Below are positions 7,823-16,903 of a stretch of DNA of 64,000 nt, piece after piece. A model generated the notes under the pieces. It had not been told where the DNA came from, searched no databases, and saw only the letters and a list, made by a program, of their open reading frames with translations. The translations under genes were made by a program, and so were the position numbers. Source of the DNA: a virus (Duplodnaviria > Caudoviricetes); the IMG/VR virus record IMGVR_UViG_2974796119_000001, positions 1 through 64,000 of that record; one strand, written 5' to 3'. The stretch's first letter is position 1; every line of letters starts with the position of its first letter.

Positions 7823-8638
7823 ATGAAAATAGTAGGAAAACAAGAAGCAACAAAACAAATTGATAAAATATTCGGGATATTCACTAACAGCTTATCTAAG
7901 ATAAGACCTCATTTCGTATTAACTGGACCAAGTGGAAGCGGTAAAAGTGTAACCATAAAAGCTATGGCTAAAAAACATAAAGTAGGTTATTTTGAAATAA
8001 ACGCTGCTCAATTAACTAAAGAAGGCACTAGCGGTAACAGTTTAAGCAAAGCTTTAACACCTTTATTAAACCACGGAGGGAAACCAACAGTTTGTTTTGT
8101 TGATGAATTTGATAAATTATTTATTTCTGGTAATTCAAATTCAGAATTAGCCCATGAAAGCACTAACGGAGTTCAAAACGAGTTCCTGAAAGTATTAGAA
8201 AGCGATACAGCAACAGTTTTTGGAGATTACGGTAAATATGTAGAGGCATCCGCTTCCAACATCTTATTTATCTTTGCAGGAGCCTTTAATGGGGAAGAGG
8301 ATATTGATATTGACAGATTACGTGACTTAGGTATTAAAACTGAATTTCTAGGTCGTGTAGGATTAGCTTACAACCTTACAAAACTAACTTTAGATGATTT
8401 ATTTGAGATTTTAGACCACTCAGAATTGTTAGAAACTTACTTAGAACTATTTACTGATTCTGATAAAGAAAAAACAGTATTAGAAATAAAAGCCCACCTA
8501 CAAAAAATATATCCAAACAATACTTTGGGAGCTAGAATTATAACATCATTAATTAATCAGTATTTTATTAATGGAGGGTTAACAGAAAAAGAAGTTAAGC
8601 AAATCACATTTCAAAATAAAATGAAGTTAAAAGATTAA
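7823..8638 (+). CDS. ClpX-like AAA+ ATPase (no Zn-binding domain, no IGF loop)
   Basis: Walker A GPSGSGKS, Walker B FVDEFDK, VQNEFLK, ILFIFAGAF, TEFLGRV parallel ClpX motifs. Confidence 0.8.
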   Translation: MKIVGKQEATKQIDKIFGIFTNSLSKIRPHFVLTGPSGSGKSVTIKAMAKKHKVGYFEINAAQLTKEGTSGNSLSKALTPLLNHGGKPTVCFVDEFDKLFISGNSNSELAHESTNGVQNEFLKVLESDTATVFGDYGKYVEASASNILFIFAGAFNGEEDIDIDRLRDLGIKTEFLGRVGLAYNLTKLTLDDLFEILDHSELLETYLELFTDSDKEKTVLEIKAHLQKIYPNNTLGARIITSLINQYFINGGLTEKEVKQITFQNKMKLKD

Positions 8639-8658
8639 ACCATGAAAACAATAGAAGT

Positions 8659-8907
8659 ATGCAGGACAGAAACAAAAAACTAAAAGACAGAGTAATTAAT
8701 TGCAGAGAAAAATTAAGCAATTTAGAGATTAAAAAACCTCTTGTTAAATTCGCTAGGAAGTATCCAAGATATGTAAAAGGATCAACTTCTAAAGAAAAAG
8801 AAAAGTCTAAAACAAGGCTTAGAAATCTTTTTTACTGTAAAGCTTTCGATGAAGATTTTACAAAACATTTAGAAGTATTCGTAGAAATAACTAAAACAAA
8901 TAACTAA
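8659..8907 (+). CDS. hypothetical basic protein
   Basis: ORF track. Confidence 0.6.
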   Translation: MQDRNKKLKDRVINCREKLSNLEIKKPLVKFARKYPRYVKGSTSKEKEKSKTRLRNLFYCKAFDEDFTKHLEVFVEITKTNN

Positions 8908-9626
8908 TGGAGTCACCTGAAATTTCAAAACTTTTTAAAAAATATAATCTTACTAAAGACGACTATTTTAAACACAAACATTATCAAATAATCACTAGAA
9001 GCGGGATGGATAAAATCCAAGCTATAGAGAAAATATTTATTGAATATGAAGTTATTGCTGCTGTTCCTAAATATTGTGCCGTAAAAGCTAAAGCCAGTAA
9101 AGATAATGCTAAGATAGAAACTTTCGGAAGTGCTGTTTATGGTGGTAAAGAATGGATTACTTTCGATAAACCCACTCAACAAGGTAAAACAGGTAAATGG
9201 ATAGAAAACGGAAATACAAATACATGGTACGTTTTAGAAGTTGCTGAAAAAAGAGCTATGAGTAGAGCTGTTTTAAAATTAACTGGTTTTTATCAACTTG
9301 GTGTTTTTGGAGAAGATGAAAGTGAAGATTTTAAGAAGGAAACAACACCACCTGCAAAAACAACACCAACACAACCAGTAAAAGAACCAGTAAAACAAAC
9401 ACAACCTTTAGCACAGCAAACAACACCTACTCCTAAAGCTATAAAACCTTTACCAAGATTAGTAGAAAAATCAGAGTCATGGGAAAAGATGGTTGTTTTA
9501 ATAAACACAGGAATATTAACCTCTATAACTCAAGTAGAAGGTAAATACTCATTAGAGCCAGTAGCAAAAGCTAAAATTATTAAGATTATTAAAGACTATA
9601 AACCTAAAAAAGAAGCTAAAAACTAG
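8907..9626 (+). CDS. Putative single-strand annealing protein (Rad52/Sak-like)
   Basis: VAEKRAMSRAVLK...EDESEDF core followed by a P/T/Q-rich tail. Confidence 0.55.
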   Translation: MESPEISKLFKKYNLTKDDYFKHKHYQIITRSGMDKIQAIEKIFIEYEVIAAVPKYCAVKAKASKDNAKIETFGSAVYGGKEWITFDKPTQQGKTGKWIENGNTNTWYVLEVAEKRAMSRAVLKLTGFYQLGVFGEDESEDFKKETTPPAKTTPTQPVKEPVKQTQPLAQQTTPTPKAIKPLPRLVEKSESWEKMVVLINTGILTSITQVEGKYSLEPVAKAKIIKIIKDYKPKKEAKN

Positions 9627-9631
9627 AAATT

Positions 9632-9856
9632 ATGAGCATATCTAAAAACATATTATTAGACGAATTAATAGAGCAACCACACCACGAAAAAGTAGAAGAT
9701 GTTATTTTTTGGGCATTGGAAATGTATGCGGAAAACAACAAAGGAACTAATGGTGCTATGGTTGCTTATGCAATTACCCAAAGAATAGAAGATGATGAAA
9801 AAGAAGGGAAATCCAAACTAATGAATCCAGAGTTAATTAAATCTTTAGGATTATAG
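9632..9856 (+). CDS. hypothetical protein
   Basis: ORF track. Confidence 0.6.
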   Translation: MSISKNILLDELIEQPHHEKVEDVIFWALEMYAENNKGTNGAMVAYAITQRIEDDEKEGKSKLMNPELIKSLGL

Positions 9857-9858
9857 TT

Positions 9859-10020
9859 ATGAGCATTGAAAAACAAGTAAAGGAAAAACTAAAAGAACAA
9901 CACGGTTACGATTTTGATTCAGAATTTTGGACTGATGAAAATATTGTAATGCTTCAAGAAATTGTAGAAGCTACCGAAGAAGTAATTCTCTTTGATTTAA
10001 ATAGAATTGACAAACATTAA
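9859..10020 (+). CDS. small acidic hypothetical protein (53 aa)
   Basis: Fills the gap; translated by hand. Confidence 0.55.
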   Translation: MSIEKQVKEKLKEQHGYDFDSEFWTDENIVMLQEIVEATEEVILFDLNRIDKH

Positions 10021-10030
10021 ATCTTAAATC

Positions 10031-11059
10031 ATGATTAAAAAAAATAGAGCAGAGATAAGCGGATTAGTAATACATAAAGTTGCTAATAAATTTAACAGCG
10101 GTAGCAATGCCTTATCAGAAAAAACAGTACGTTTTGATGAAGAAAGCTACGAACTTGTTTTACCATTTTTATTAAATCCATTCACAAAAGAAGTTCTTAG
10201 CTACAGATTTGACAACGAACTATCAAAACTAAATAAAATTACCGATGCTATTTTCAAAGATGAAGATTCATTTATGGAAGGTTCTAAAAACATTGTAAAT
10301 CATTTATACGAACAATCAAATTCAGCAACCATAAAAAACGGTGATGTTTTAGTAGTGTTTTTTGATGGAATCGAATATAAAGATGTTTTAGTTGAAGCTA
10401 TTGGTATTTTTAAAATAGAAACAAAAACCAACTTCCTGCAAACATACTTAGAAGATGGTAATTTTGATGTTGTAACACAATCTGGAATATCAATAAAGAA
10501 ATTTGATAAAGGTTGTTTAATTCTTAATACGTCAGACGATAACGGTAGAGTCGTTTTAAGCATAGATAATAATAATTATGACGCTCAGTATTGGAATAAG
10601 AATTTCTTAGATGTAAAGTATTCAGATGATAAGAATTTACATACACACATCTATTTAGATATGTGTAAACAATTCGCAGACGATGTAATTATAGCTAAAA
10701 AGGAAAAAGGAGAGTTTTTATCAGGTGTATTGGATCACTTCAAAGAGAACGAAACAGTAGTACATGAAGAGTTAAAAGAAGAACTTTTTGAAACAAAAGC
10801 AAACCAAGACCTTTTTGCTGAATACAAAAACACTTATGAATCTTTTAACGATGCTATTATTAGAAACTCAGTTGAGGTTTCAGACCCAGTAGTTAAGAAA
10901 GAAAAATCGAAGCTTAAAACAGAAATTAAACTAGACACCAACATTAAAATATCATTAGATGTTGATGCTCCAGATGCAGCCAAAGAATATTTAGAGCTTG
11001 GGTATGACGAAGAAAAAAAGATGAAGTATTACAAGGTGTATTTTAACGCTGAAAAGTAA
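10031..11059 (+). CDS. Nucleoid-associated protein, NdpA/YejK (37-kDa) family, flavobacterial type
   Basis: IHKVANK N-terminus, AIGIFK.E, DKGCLILN, YW..FL, C-terminal LDTNI.I.LD...GYDEEK.MKYYKVYFN. Confidence 0.8.
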   Translation: MIKKNRAEISGLVIHKVANKFNSGSNALSEKTVRFDEESYELVLPFLLNPFTKEVLSYRFDNELSKLNKITDAIFKDEDSFMEGSKNIVNHLYEQSNSATIKNGDVLVVFFDGIEYKDVLVEAIGIFKIETKTNFLQTYLEDGNFDVVTQSGISIKKFDKGCLILNTSDDNGRVVLSIDNNNYDAQYWNKNFLDVKYSDDKNLHTHIYLDMCKQFADDVIIAKKEKGEFLSGVLDHFKENETVVHEELKEELFETKANQDLFAEYKNTYESFNDAIIRNSVEVSDPVVKKEKSKLKTEIKLDTNIKISLDVDAPDAAKEYLELGYDEEKKMKYYKVYFNAEK

Positions 11060-11476
11060 ATGAAACTAACACAATACCAACAAAGTGTTTATTCAGGATT
11101 ACAATGCCCCTACTGCAAATCAGAAACAAAAGTAGTATCAGAAAAATACATTTACGGTAGGAGTTATAAAGATAGGTCAATGATTTGCTGTGTTAACTTT
11201 CCTACTTGCAGATCCTATGTTGGGACTCATGAAGAAGACGGAAGCTCATTAGGAAGGTTAGCAAATAAAACACTAAGACAGTTTAAAAACAGAGCGCATG
11301 AACATTTCGATAAGATTTGGATGGAAGACTACCACACTAGAAGCGAAACATACGAGCTTTTAAGTGAATATTTAGAAATTCCAGTTGACTATACGCATAT
11401 TGGGTTCTTCAACGAAGAAACCTGCAAAAAAGTAATTGACTGGAGTATTAAAACATATAAAGACCTAAAAAACTAA
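11060..11476 (+). CDS. DUF3268-type zinc-finger protein
   Basis: CPYC...C..C.SYVGTH..LG.LA..LR..AH..FD.IW...HIG.F. Confidence 0.8.
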   Translation: MKLTQYQQSVYSGLQCPYCKSETKVVSEKYIYGRSYKDRSMICCVNFPTCRSYVGTHEEDGSSLGRLANKTLRQFKNRAHEHFDKIWMEDYHTRSETYELLSEYLEIPVDYTHIGFFNEETCKKVIDWSIKTYKDLKN

Positions 11477-11688
11477 TGAACCTAAAGCAATTAATTGAGT
11501 TTTTTGATAGTCAGGAGCTAACAGAAGAGCCGATAACATTAAATCAAGCTACTATTATATGTAATCAAAAAAACTTCGTTAAAAGCCATATAAACTACCT
11601 TAAAGCAAATACTGGAAATAAAGCTTTTGAACCTTATTATTCAAGATTAATTGAACTTTATAAAATATTAACCAATGGGAGCAAATAA
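11476..11688 (+). CDS. hypothetical protein
   Basis: Translationally coupled ORF. Confidence 0.65.
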   Translation: MNLKQLIEFFDSQELTEEPITLNQATIICNQKNFVKSHINYLKANTGNKAFEPYYSRLIELYKILTNGSK

Positions 11689-11986
11689 AGAATTATCTCA
11701 AATGTTCAGACAAATGGGAGAAGATTACTTAACTGATATAGACATGAGCGGAAGCCTATATCTTCAATACAAAGAACTTGACAAACCGAAATTAGAAGTT
11801 ACAGCAACTAATTTCGGAAAATTCTACAAAGCAAAGCTTAACGGAGTTTCAATTAACAGAGAAAAACTATACAATATTTTAGGTATAGAATCTACAGCGG
11901 GTATGAGATTAGAATATCATTTATTTGAATTTGAAAAACACGATCAGAAATACATCATTGATTTTTCAGAAATCAGTGTGAGTTAA
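11675..11986 (+). CDS. hypothetical protein
   Basis: ORF track. Confidence 0.6.
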   Translation: MGANKELSQMFRQMGEDYLTDIDMSGSLYLQYKELDKPKLEVTATNFGKFYKAKLNGVSINREKLYNILGIESTAGMRLEYHLFEFEKHDQKYIIDFSEISVS

Positions 11987-12012
11987 GAACCTCTTTAAAA
12001 CAACCTTATCAA

Positions 12013-13467
12013 ATGCTAGACCTTTTTACAGAAACAGATATAGACAAGCTCATAAACCATATTAAAGCAAACTACAATCCAAACAAACCATTAATGTTTG
12101 TAGTAGATTTATTTTGTGGCGCAGGAGGAATGACAGAAGGGTATCAAAAAGTAGATAACACTTTTGTAGTAGCTTGTGTTAACCATGATGAATATGCTAT
12201 AAAATCACACCATGCAAATCACCCTTGTTGCATACATTACACAGAGGATATTACGGATTGGAACGTTATATGGAAAATAGAAAGTCTAGTATTTCAATTA
12301 AGAGAAAGATTTAGTAACTGCTTTTTAATACTTCATGCAAGTTTAGAGTGTACACACCTAAGTAAAGCTAAAGGTGGTTTGTCAAGGGATGGAGACAGCA
12401 GAACATTAGCTTTTCATTTAGAAAAATACTTAGAAATAATACCTGATTACATTACAATTGAAAACGTAGAAGAAATTCTTACAAATGGACCTCTAGACGA
12501 AGATGGTATGATAATACCAGAACTTAAAGGATTAGATTATAAACTTTGGTTAGAAATAATTCAGGATTATGGTTATGATTATGACTACAGATTATTAGAT
12601 TCAGCAGATTTTGGTGAATACACATCAAGAAAAAGATATTACGGAATTTTTGCTAAAGAAGGATTACCAGTTTCATTCCCTAAACAAACACACGTAACAA
12701 AAAAGAAACAACATTTATTTCCAAACCTAAAACCGCATAAAGCAGTAAAAGAAGTTTTAGATTTAGATAATTGCGGAATATCTGTTTTCGGAAAAAACAA
12801 AAGAGGTAAAAATTATGTTGATGCAACTATTACAAGAACTCATGCCGGAGTAAAAAAAACACTAAAAGAAAAACAAACTGAATTTCTAAGTGCTTATTAT
12901 GGAGCTTCACAAAATGGGCAAGGTATAACAGGAATGGATGAACCATGCAACACCTTAACGACTAAAGATAGATTTGCATTACATCATATTCAATACGCTT
13001 ATAGTAACGCTTATTATACTTCTATAGAAAAACCCGCAGGAACTATACTTACTAATCCAAAACATGAATTAGTAACGACAAAATGGCTATACGATACACA
13101 ATACGACAGAGTATGTTGTTCGGTTGAAAAACCTTCACCTGTAATTATAGCAAGACAAGATAAAACACCTTTAAGTATTGGTTTTGCTAAAAACTTTAGT
13201 ATTGTAGATCACTCAGTTGAACTACCAACAGATACCAACGCAAGAAAAAATTTAAAATCTTTTATGAGGTCAAACCAAATAAAAGATATTACTATTAGAC
13301 CTTTATTAGAAAAAGAACTTTTACGAGTTCAAGGATTTCCAGAAGATTACATATTACTTGGAGGTGTTACCAGAGCTAAAAAATATATTGGTAATGCAGT
13401 TGTTCCTGGAATGGCAGAAGTAATAGGTAATGAAATTTACAAATCACATTCAGAATACTTAAATTAA
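12013..13467 (+). CDS. Orphan DNA (cytosine-5) methyltransferase
   Basis: Motif I DLFCGAGG, catalytic SLECT, ENV, YTSRKRYY, RVQGFP, IGNAV. Confidence 0.92.
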   Translation: MLDLFTETDIDKLINHIKANYNPNKPLMFVVDLFCGAGGMTEGYQKVDNTFVVACVNHDEYAIKSHHANHPCCIHYTEDITDWNVIWKIESLVFQLRERFSNCFLILHASLECTHLSKAKGGLSRDGDSRTLAFHLEKYLEIIPDYITIENVEEILTNGPLDEDGMIIPELKGLDYKLWLEIIQDYGYDYDYRLLDSADFGEYTSRKRYYGIFAKEGLPVSFPKQTHVTKKKQHLFPNLKPHKAVKEVLDLDNCGISVFGKNKRGKNYVDATITRTHAGVKKTLKEKQTEFLSAYYGASQNGQGITGMDEPCNTLTTKDRFALHHIQYAYSNAYYTSIEKPAGTILTNPKHELVTTKWLYDTQYDRVCCSVEKPSPVIIARQDKTPLSIGFAKNFSIVDHSVELPTDTNARKNLKSFMRSNQIKDITIRPLLEKELLRVQGFPEDYILLGGVTRAKKYIGNAVVPGMAEVIGNEIYKSHSEYLN

Positions 13468-13474
13468 ATAAATT

Positions 13475-13972
13475 ATGAAAAAATCACTTTACAACATTAA
13501 CGAAGACCAACAAAAATTAGTTGAAGAATTAATTAAATCTGACGGTGAATTAACACCTGAAATGGAAGAACAATTAGTTTTAAATGAAAAGAACCGTAAC
13601 CAAAAAGCAGTTGCTTACATGGAGGTTATATCTTCTCAAAAACTTAAAGTTTCTGGTGTAGATTCTGAAATAAAAAGACTACAAGCTTTAAAGAAAAGAG
13701 AAGGTAAAATAATTGAAAAACTAGAAGCTAATTTACTTAGTTGTGTTAAAGCTTTCGGAAACTTTGAAGTTGGAACTTTAAAATTCGGAACTAGAAAAAG
13801 TCAAGTTGTAGAAATTGACGTTGAAAAGAAAGATAAAATACCTAGTGAGTTTAAAACCTCTACAACTACAGTAACAATCAGTAAAACAGCTATTAAAGAT
13901 TACCTTAAAATTGAAGGTAATAAAATTGAGGGCTGCAAATTAGTAACAAACTTAAATCTAAAAATTAACTAG
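13475..13972 (+). CDS. Siphovirus Gp157-like protein
   Basis: SLYNI..., SEIKRLQALKK coiled coil, GTRKS..V, KTAIKDYLK...IEGC. Confidence 0.8.
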   Translation: MKKSLYNINEDQQKLVEELIKSDGELTPEMEEQLVLNEKNRNQKAVAYMEVISSQKLKVSGVDSEIKRLQALKKREGKIIEKLEANLLSCVKAFGNFEVGTLKFGTRKSQVVEIDVEKKDKIPSEFKTSTTTVTISKTAIKDYLKIEGNKIEGCKLVTNLNLKIN

Positions 13973-13979
13973 AAAAATT

Positions 13980-15278
13980 ATGAAAATTAAATCAATCTCA
14001 GTAAAAAACTTCAAAGCTTTAAGCGAGCAAGAAATGACTTTTGATGGAGCTTCTGCAATAATTACCGCAGGAAACAACAAAGGAAAAACAAGTATTTTAA
14101 ACGGATTAGTAAATAGATTCCGTGGCGAAAAACCTGAATTTATTGTAAAGAACGGAGAAGAAAAAGGTGAAAATATTATGGAACTTACTGATGGTTCAAT
14201 AATTAAATGGAACTTCACCACTAAAACAGAAAAATTCCAGTTTACTACACCTGAAGAATTAGTTATTAAAACAGGAGTTTTAAAAGCTATTGGGAAAAGA
14301 TATTTTGGTGAGAAATTTGATATTGATAAATTTATCAGCTCAAGCAAAAATGAGCAGTTAAAACAAGTTCAAAAATTAGTAGGTATTGATTTAAGTCAAT
14401 TAGATTCTGAGTATAAAAAAATATACGAACAAAGAACTGATGCTAATAAAGAAGTAAAAAGATTACTCGCTTTAAATACTCAAAAACCTGAAGAAGTTTC
14501 AGCACCAGATATTCAGGCTTTAAAAGATGAAAAAACTGAATTAGAAACAAAAAATTTAGCTTTAAAATCTAAATGGAAAATAGATAATGAAGCACATCAA
14601 AAAGAAGCTAATGATTTCAACGCAAATGTACAATCTGTAATAGATGCTGAAAAAGAGTATTCTGACGCTATGACTGAGTTAGAAAAATACAAAGGAAAAG
14701 CAACTGGAGCTTTTATAGATTTTAAAGGACTACAAGATGCTTTTGTTGATCTTCCAGATATTAAAGAAAAGAAAGTTATTACAACTTTATCCGAACCTAA
14801 ATATCATGAGTTTTTAGATATTGACAAGAAAATTGAAGATGCTTATGAAGATAAATCTAAGTTCGACAACTACGAAAAAGATTTAAAAGCTTACAATGAC
14901 TGGGTTAAATCTGGAAAAGACCAAAGAGAAACTGTAGATAACCTTAACAAAAAGCTAGATGAAATTCAAGCTGAAAGAGTAGAGGTAATTCAAAACTCTA
15001 ATTTACCAGAAGATTTTGAAATGAACGAAGAAGGATTATTTTACAAAGGATTACCTTTAGACCATAATCAACTTTCAAGTTCTGCTAAATACATTTGCGC
15101 TTTAAAACTAGGTGTTTTATTCCTTGGTAAAATCAGGACAATGCATTTTGACTGCTCTTTCTTAGATAAAAATTCACTTCAAGAAGTTCAAGACTGGGCT
15201 AAAACACAAGACTTGCAACTTTTAATTGAGCGTCCTGATTTTGAAGCAAGAGATATTCAGTACAACATTTTAAACTAA
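13980..15278 (+). CDS. SMC/Rad50-like ATPase with coiled coil
   Basis: KSISVKNFK, Walker A AGNNKGKTS, QLSSS signature, Walker B-like HFD. Confidence 0.8.
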   Translation: MKIKSISVKNFKALSEQEMTFDGASAIITAGNNKGKTSILNGLVNRFRGEKPEFIVKNGEEKGENIMELTDGSIIKWNFTTKTEKFQFTTPEELVIKTGVLKAIGKRYFGEKFDIDKFISSSKNEQLKQVQKLVGIDLSQLDSEYKKIYEQRTDANKEVKRLLALNTQKPEEVSAPDIQALKDEKTELETKNLALKSKWKIDNEAHQKEANDFNANVQSVIDAEKEYSDAMTELEKYKGKATGAFIDFKGLQDAFVDLPDIKEKKVITTLSEPKYHEFLDIDKKIEDAYEDKSKFDNYEKDLKAYNDWVKSGKDQRETVDNLNKKLDEIQAERVEVIQNSNLPEDFEMNEEGLFYKGLPLDHNQLSSSAKYICALKLGVLFLGKIRTMHFDCSFLDKNSLQEVQDWAKTQDLQLLIERPDFEARDIQYNILN

Positions 15279-15292
15279 AAATAAACTAATAG

Positions 15293-15326
15293 AATGTCCA
15301 GTTTTTTAACTAATAAACTGGACATT
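15293..15326. repeat. Perfect 12-bp inverted repeat (processing site or terminator)
   Basis: AATGTCCAGTTT / AAACTGGACATT. Confidence 0.7.
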
Positions 15327-15343
15327 TAAAACAACCTTAAATT

Positions 15344-15874
15344 ATGACAAAAACACCTGAACAATTTATAAAAGAATTATTTCCTGACGTACCTCATAAA
15401 GACAGAAAAATAATTACAAATACAATTTTAATCGCCTCTAATAGATTCAATAAACCTTTCGATAGTTTAGCTCTTGAATATAAAGAAAAGCACGACAAGG
15501 AAAGAGAAGAAGGGTTGCCGATAATGCTAAACCATTGTTTAAATACCGCTTTACTTATAGAAAGTAATCACTCATTACAAGGAAGCTATTTCAGTAGTTA
15601 CTACAATAAAATATCAGGTAACAATGGTAGAGCTTTTATGAACGCTCAAAACAAGCTTTATTTAAAAGAATTTAACCACTTAGCAACAGAACAAAGCGCT
15701 AACATAAATGACTTATTAAAATTCAAAGAAATAGCCCTAGAAGCATTAAGTCATAGTTTTGATGAAGACTTTGAGGATTTAGCTGAAATTATAGATGTTT
15801 GGAGTAAGAATAAAGGCGAAAGAAAAAGAATTTTAGGTATCGCTAGAAAAATCAAAAAAGATGAAAATAGCTAG
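15344..15874 (+). CDS. hypothetical protein
   Basis: ORF with ACAACCTT leader motif. Confidence 0.7.
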   Translation: MTKTPEQFIKELFPDVPHKDRKIITNTILIASNRFNKPFDSLALEYKEKHDKEREEGLPIMLNHCLNTALLIESNHSLQGSYFSSYYNKISGNNGRAFMNAQNKLYLKEFNHLATEQSANINDLLKFKEIALEALSHSFDEDFEDLAEIIDVWSKNKGERKRILGIARKIKKDENS

Positions 15875-16304
15875 TTCAATAACCCTTCCAGTTCAAATAA
15901 AAAACGGTAAGTTCAATTCTAATTTAAACACGATTATAGATATTATAAAAGCTTACGAAGGGCATACAATAGATATAACTTTTAAAAAGCGTAGCAACAA
16001 ACGAAGCAACAAACAGAATAAATATTACTGGTCAGTAATTATCCCCATATTTAATAATTGCATAAAAGTTGAATGGGATGAAATTTGGAGTCTTGAAGAA
16101 ACACATAATTTTCTTAAAAGCAATTGTAATTACGAAGAATTAGTAAATGAAGATACTGGAGAGATAATTAGAAGAACAAAAAGCACAACCGAAAACTCCA
16201 CAACAGATCAGGAGCTATATCACAAGCAATGTAGGCGATTAGCTGATGAATTTTTCAACACAGAAATTCCATTACCAAATAAAAAATTAACCCTTAAATT
16301 CTAA
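15861..16304 (+). CDS. NinB-like protein
   Basis: RSNKQNKYYW motif. Confidence 0.55.
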   Translation: MKIASSITLPVQIKNGKFNSNLNTIIDIIKAYEGHTIDITFKKRSNKRSNKQNKYYWSVIIPIFNNCIKVEWDEIWSLEETHNFLKSNCNYEELVNEDTGEIIRRTKSTTENSTTDQELYHKQCRRLADEFFNTEIPLPNKKLTLKF

Positions 16305-16308
16305 AATT

Positions 16309-16734
16309 ATGAGCAATTTATTAAAAAACACAGACACTAAATTAATACTTAAAACAGTAGAACAATACACAGGTATTTCTTACAAACAAGCAAATGTTAA
16401 TTCAAGAAAAAGACCTATAGTTCAAACAAGGCAACTAATTTGCTATCTTCATTGCTTATACACTAAGCACTCATTATACGTAATAGGCTCTTTATTTAAT
16501 TACGACCACGCAACCGTATTGCATGCAAAAAAAACAATAGCAAACCTCATATTTTCTGAACCTAAACTTAGAGAAACTACCGATTTAATTAAGACAGAAA
16601 TAGTTAAAAAAATAGAGATAGTAAATTCACCCAGAGAGACTAAAGAAAGTGTATTTAAAACACTTTTAAAAGAGGTAAAAACGGACGATTTTAAAACAGA
16701 AGACTGGATCGAAAGATTTACAGACGCTATTTAG
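16309..16734 (+). CDS. Stand-alone DnaA domain IV (Bac_DnaA_C)-like protein
   Basis: SRKRPIVQTRQLICYL...SLYVIGSLFNYDHATVLHAKKTI. Confidence 0.85.
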   Translation: MSNLLKNTDTKLILKTVEQYTGISYKQANVNSRKRPIVQTRQLICYLHCLYTKHSLYVIGSLFNYDHATVLHAKKTIANLIFSEPKLRETTDLIKTEIVKKIEIVNSPRETKESVFKTLLKEVKTDDFKTEDWIERFTDAI

Positions 16735-16776
16735 AAAAAAGTTATTAACACGTTCTTTTTTAACACAATAAAGCAT

Positions 16777-16784
16777 TATATTTG
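16777..16784 (+). promoter_or_regulatory. Sigma-A -7 box for the replication operon
   Basis: TATATTTG. Confidence 0.7.
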
Positions 16785-16792
16785 CAATGTTA

Positions 16793-16896
16793 GTATATTA
16801 GTAGGATTCTATACGTAGCAAAAAACATAAAGAAACAATCTTCTTAGATGACAGGCGAATCCTACAACAGCCTTGATTTTAAGGAGATTTTTTTTT
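16793..16896 (+). promoter_or_regulatory. Kissing-loop/attenuator leader of the replication initiator
   Basis: Hairpin-1 loop GTAGGATTC is complementary to hairpin-2 loop GAATCCTAC; hairpin 2 (AATCTTCTTA/TAAGGAGATT) ends in a T9 run. Confidence 0.65.
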
Positions 16897-16903
16897 AACT
16901 AAC

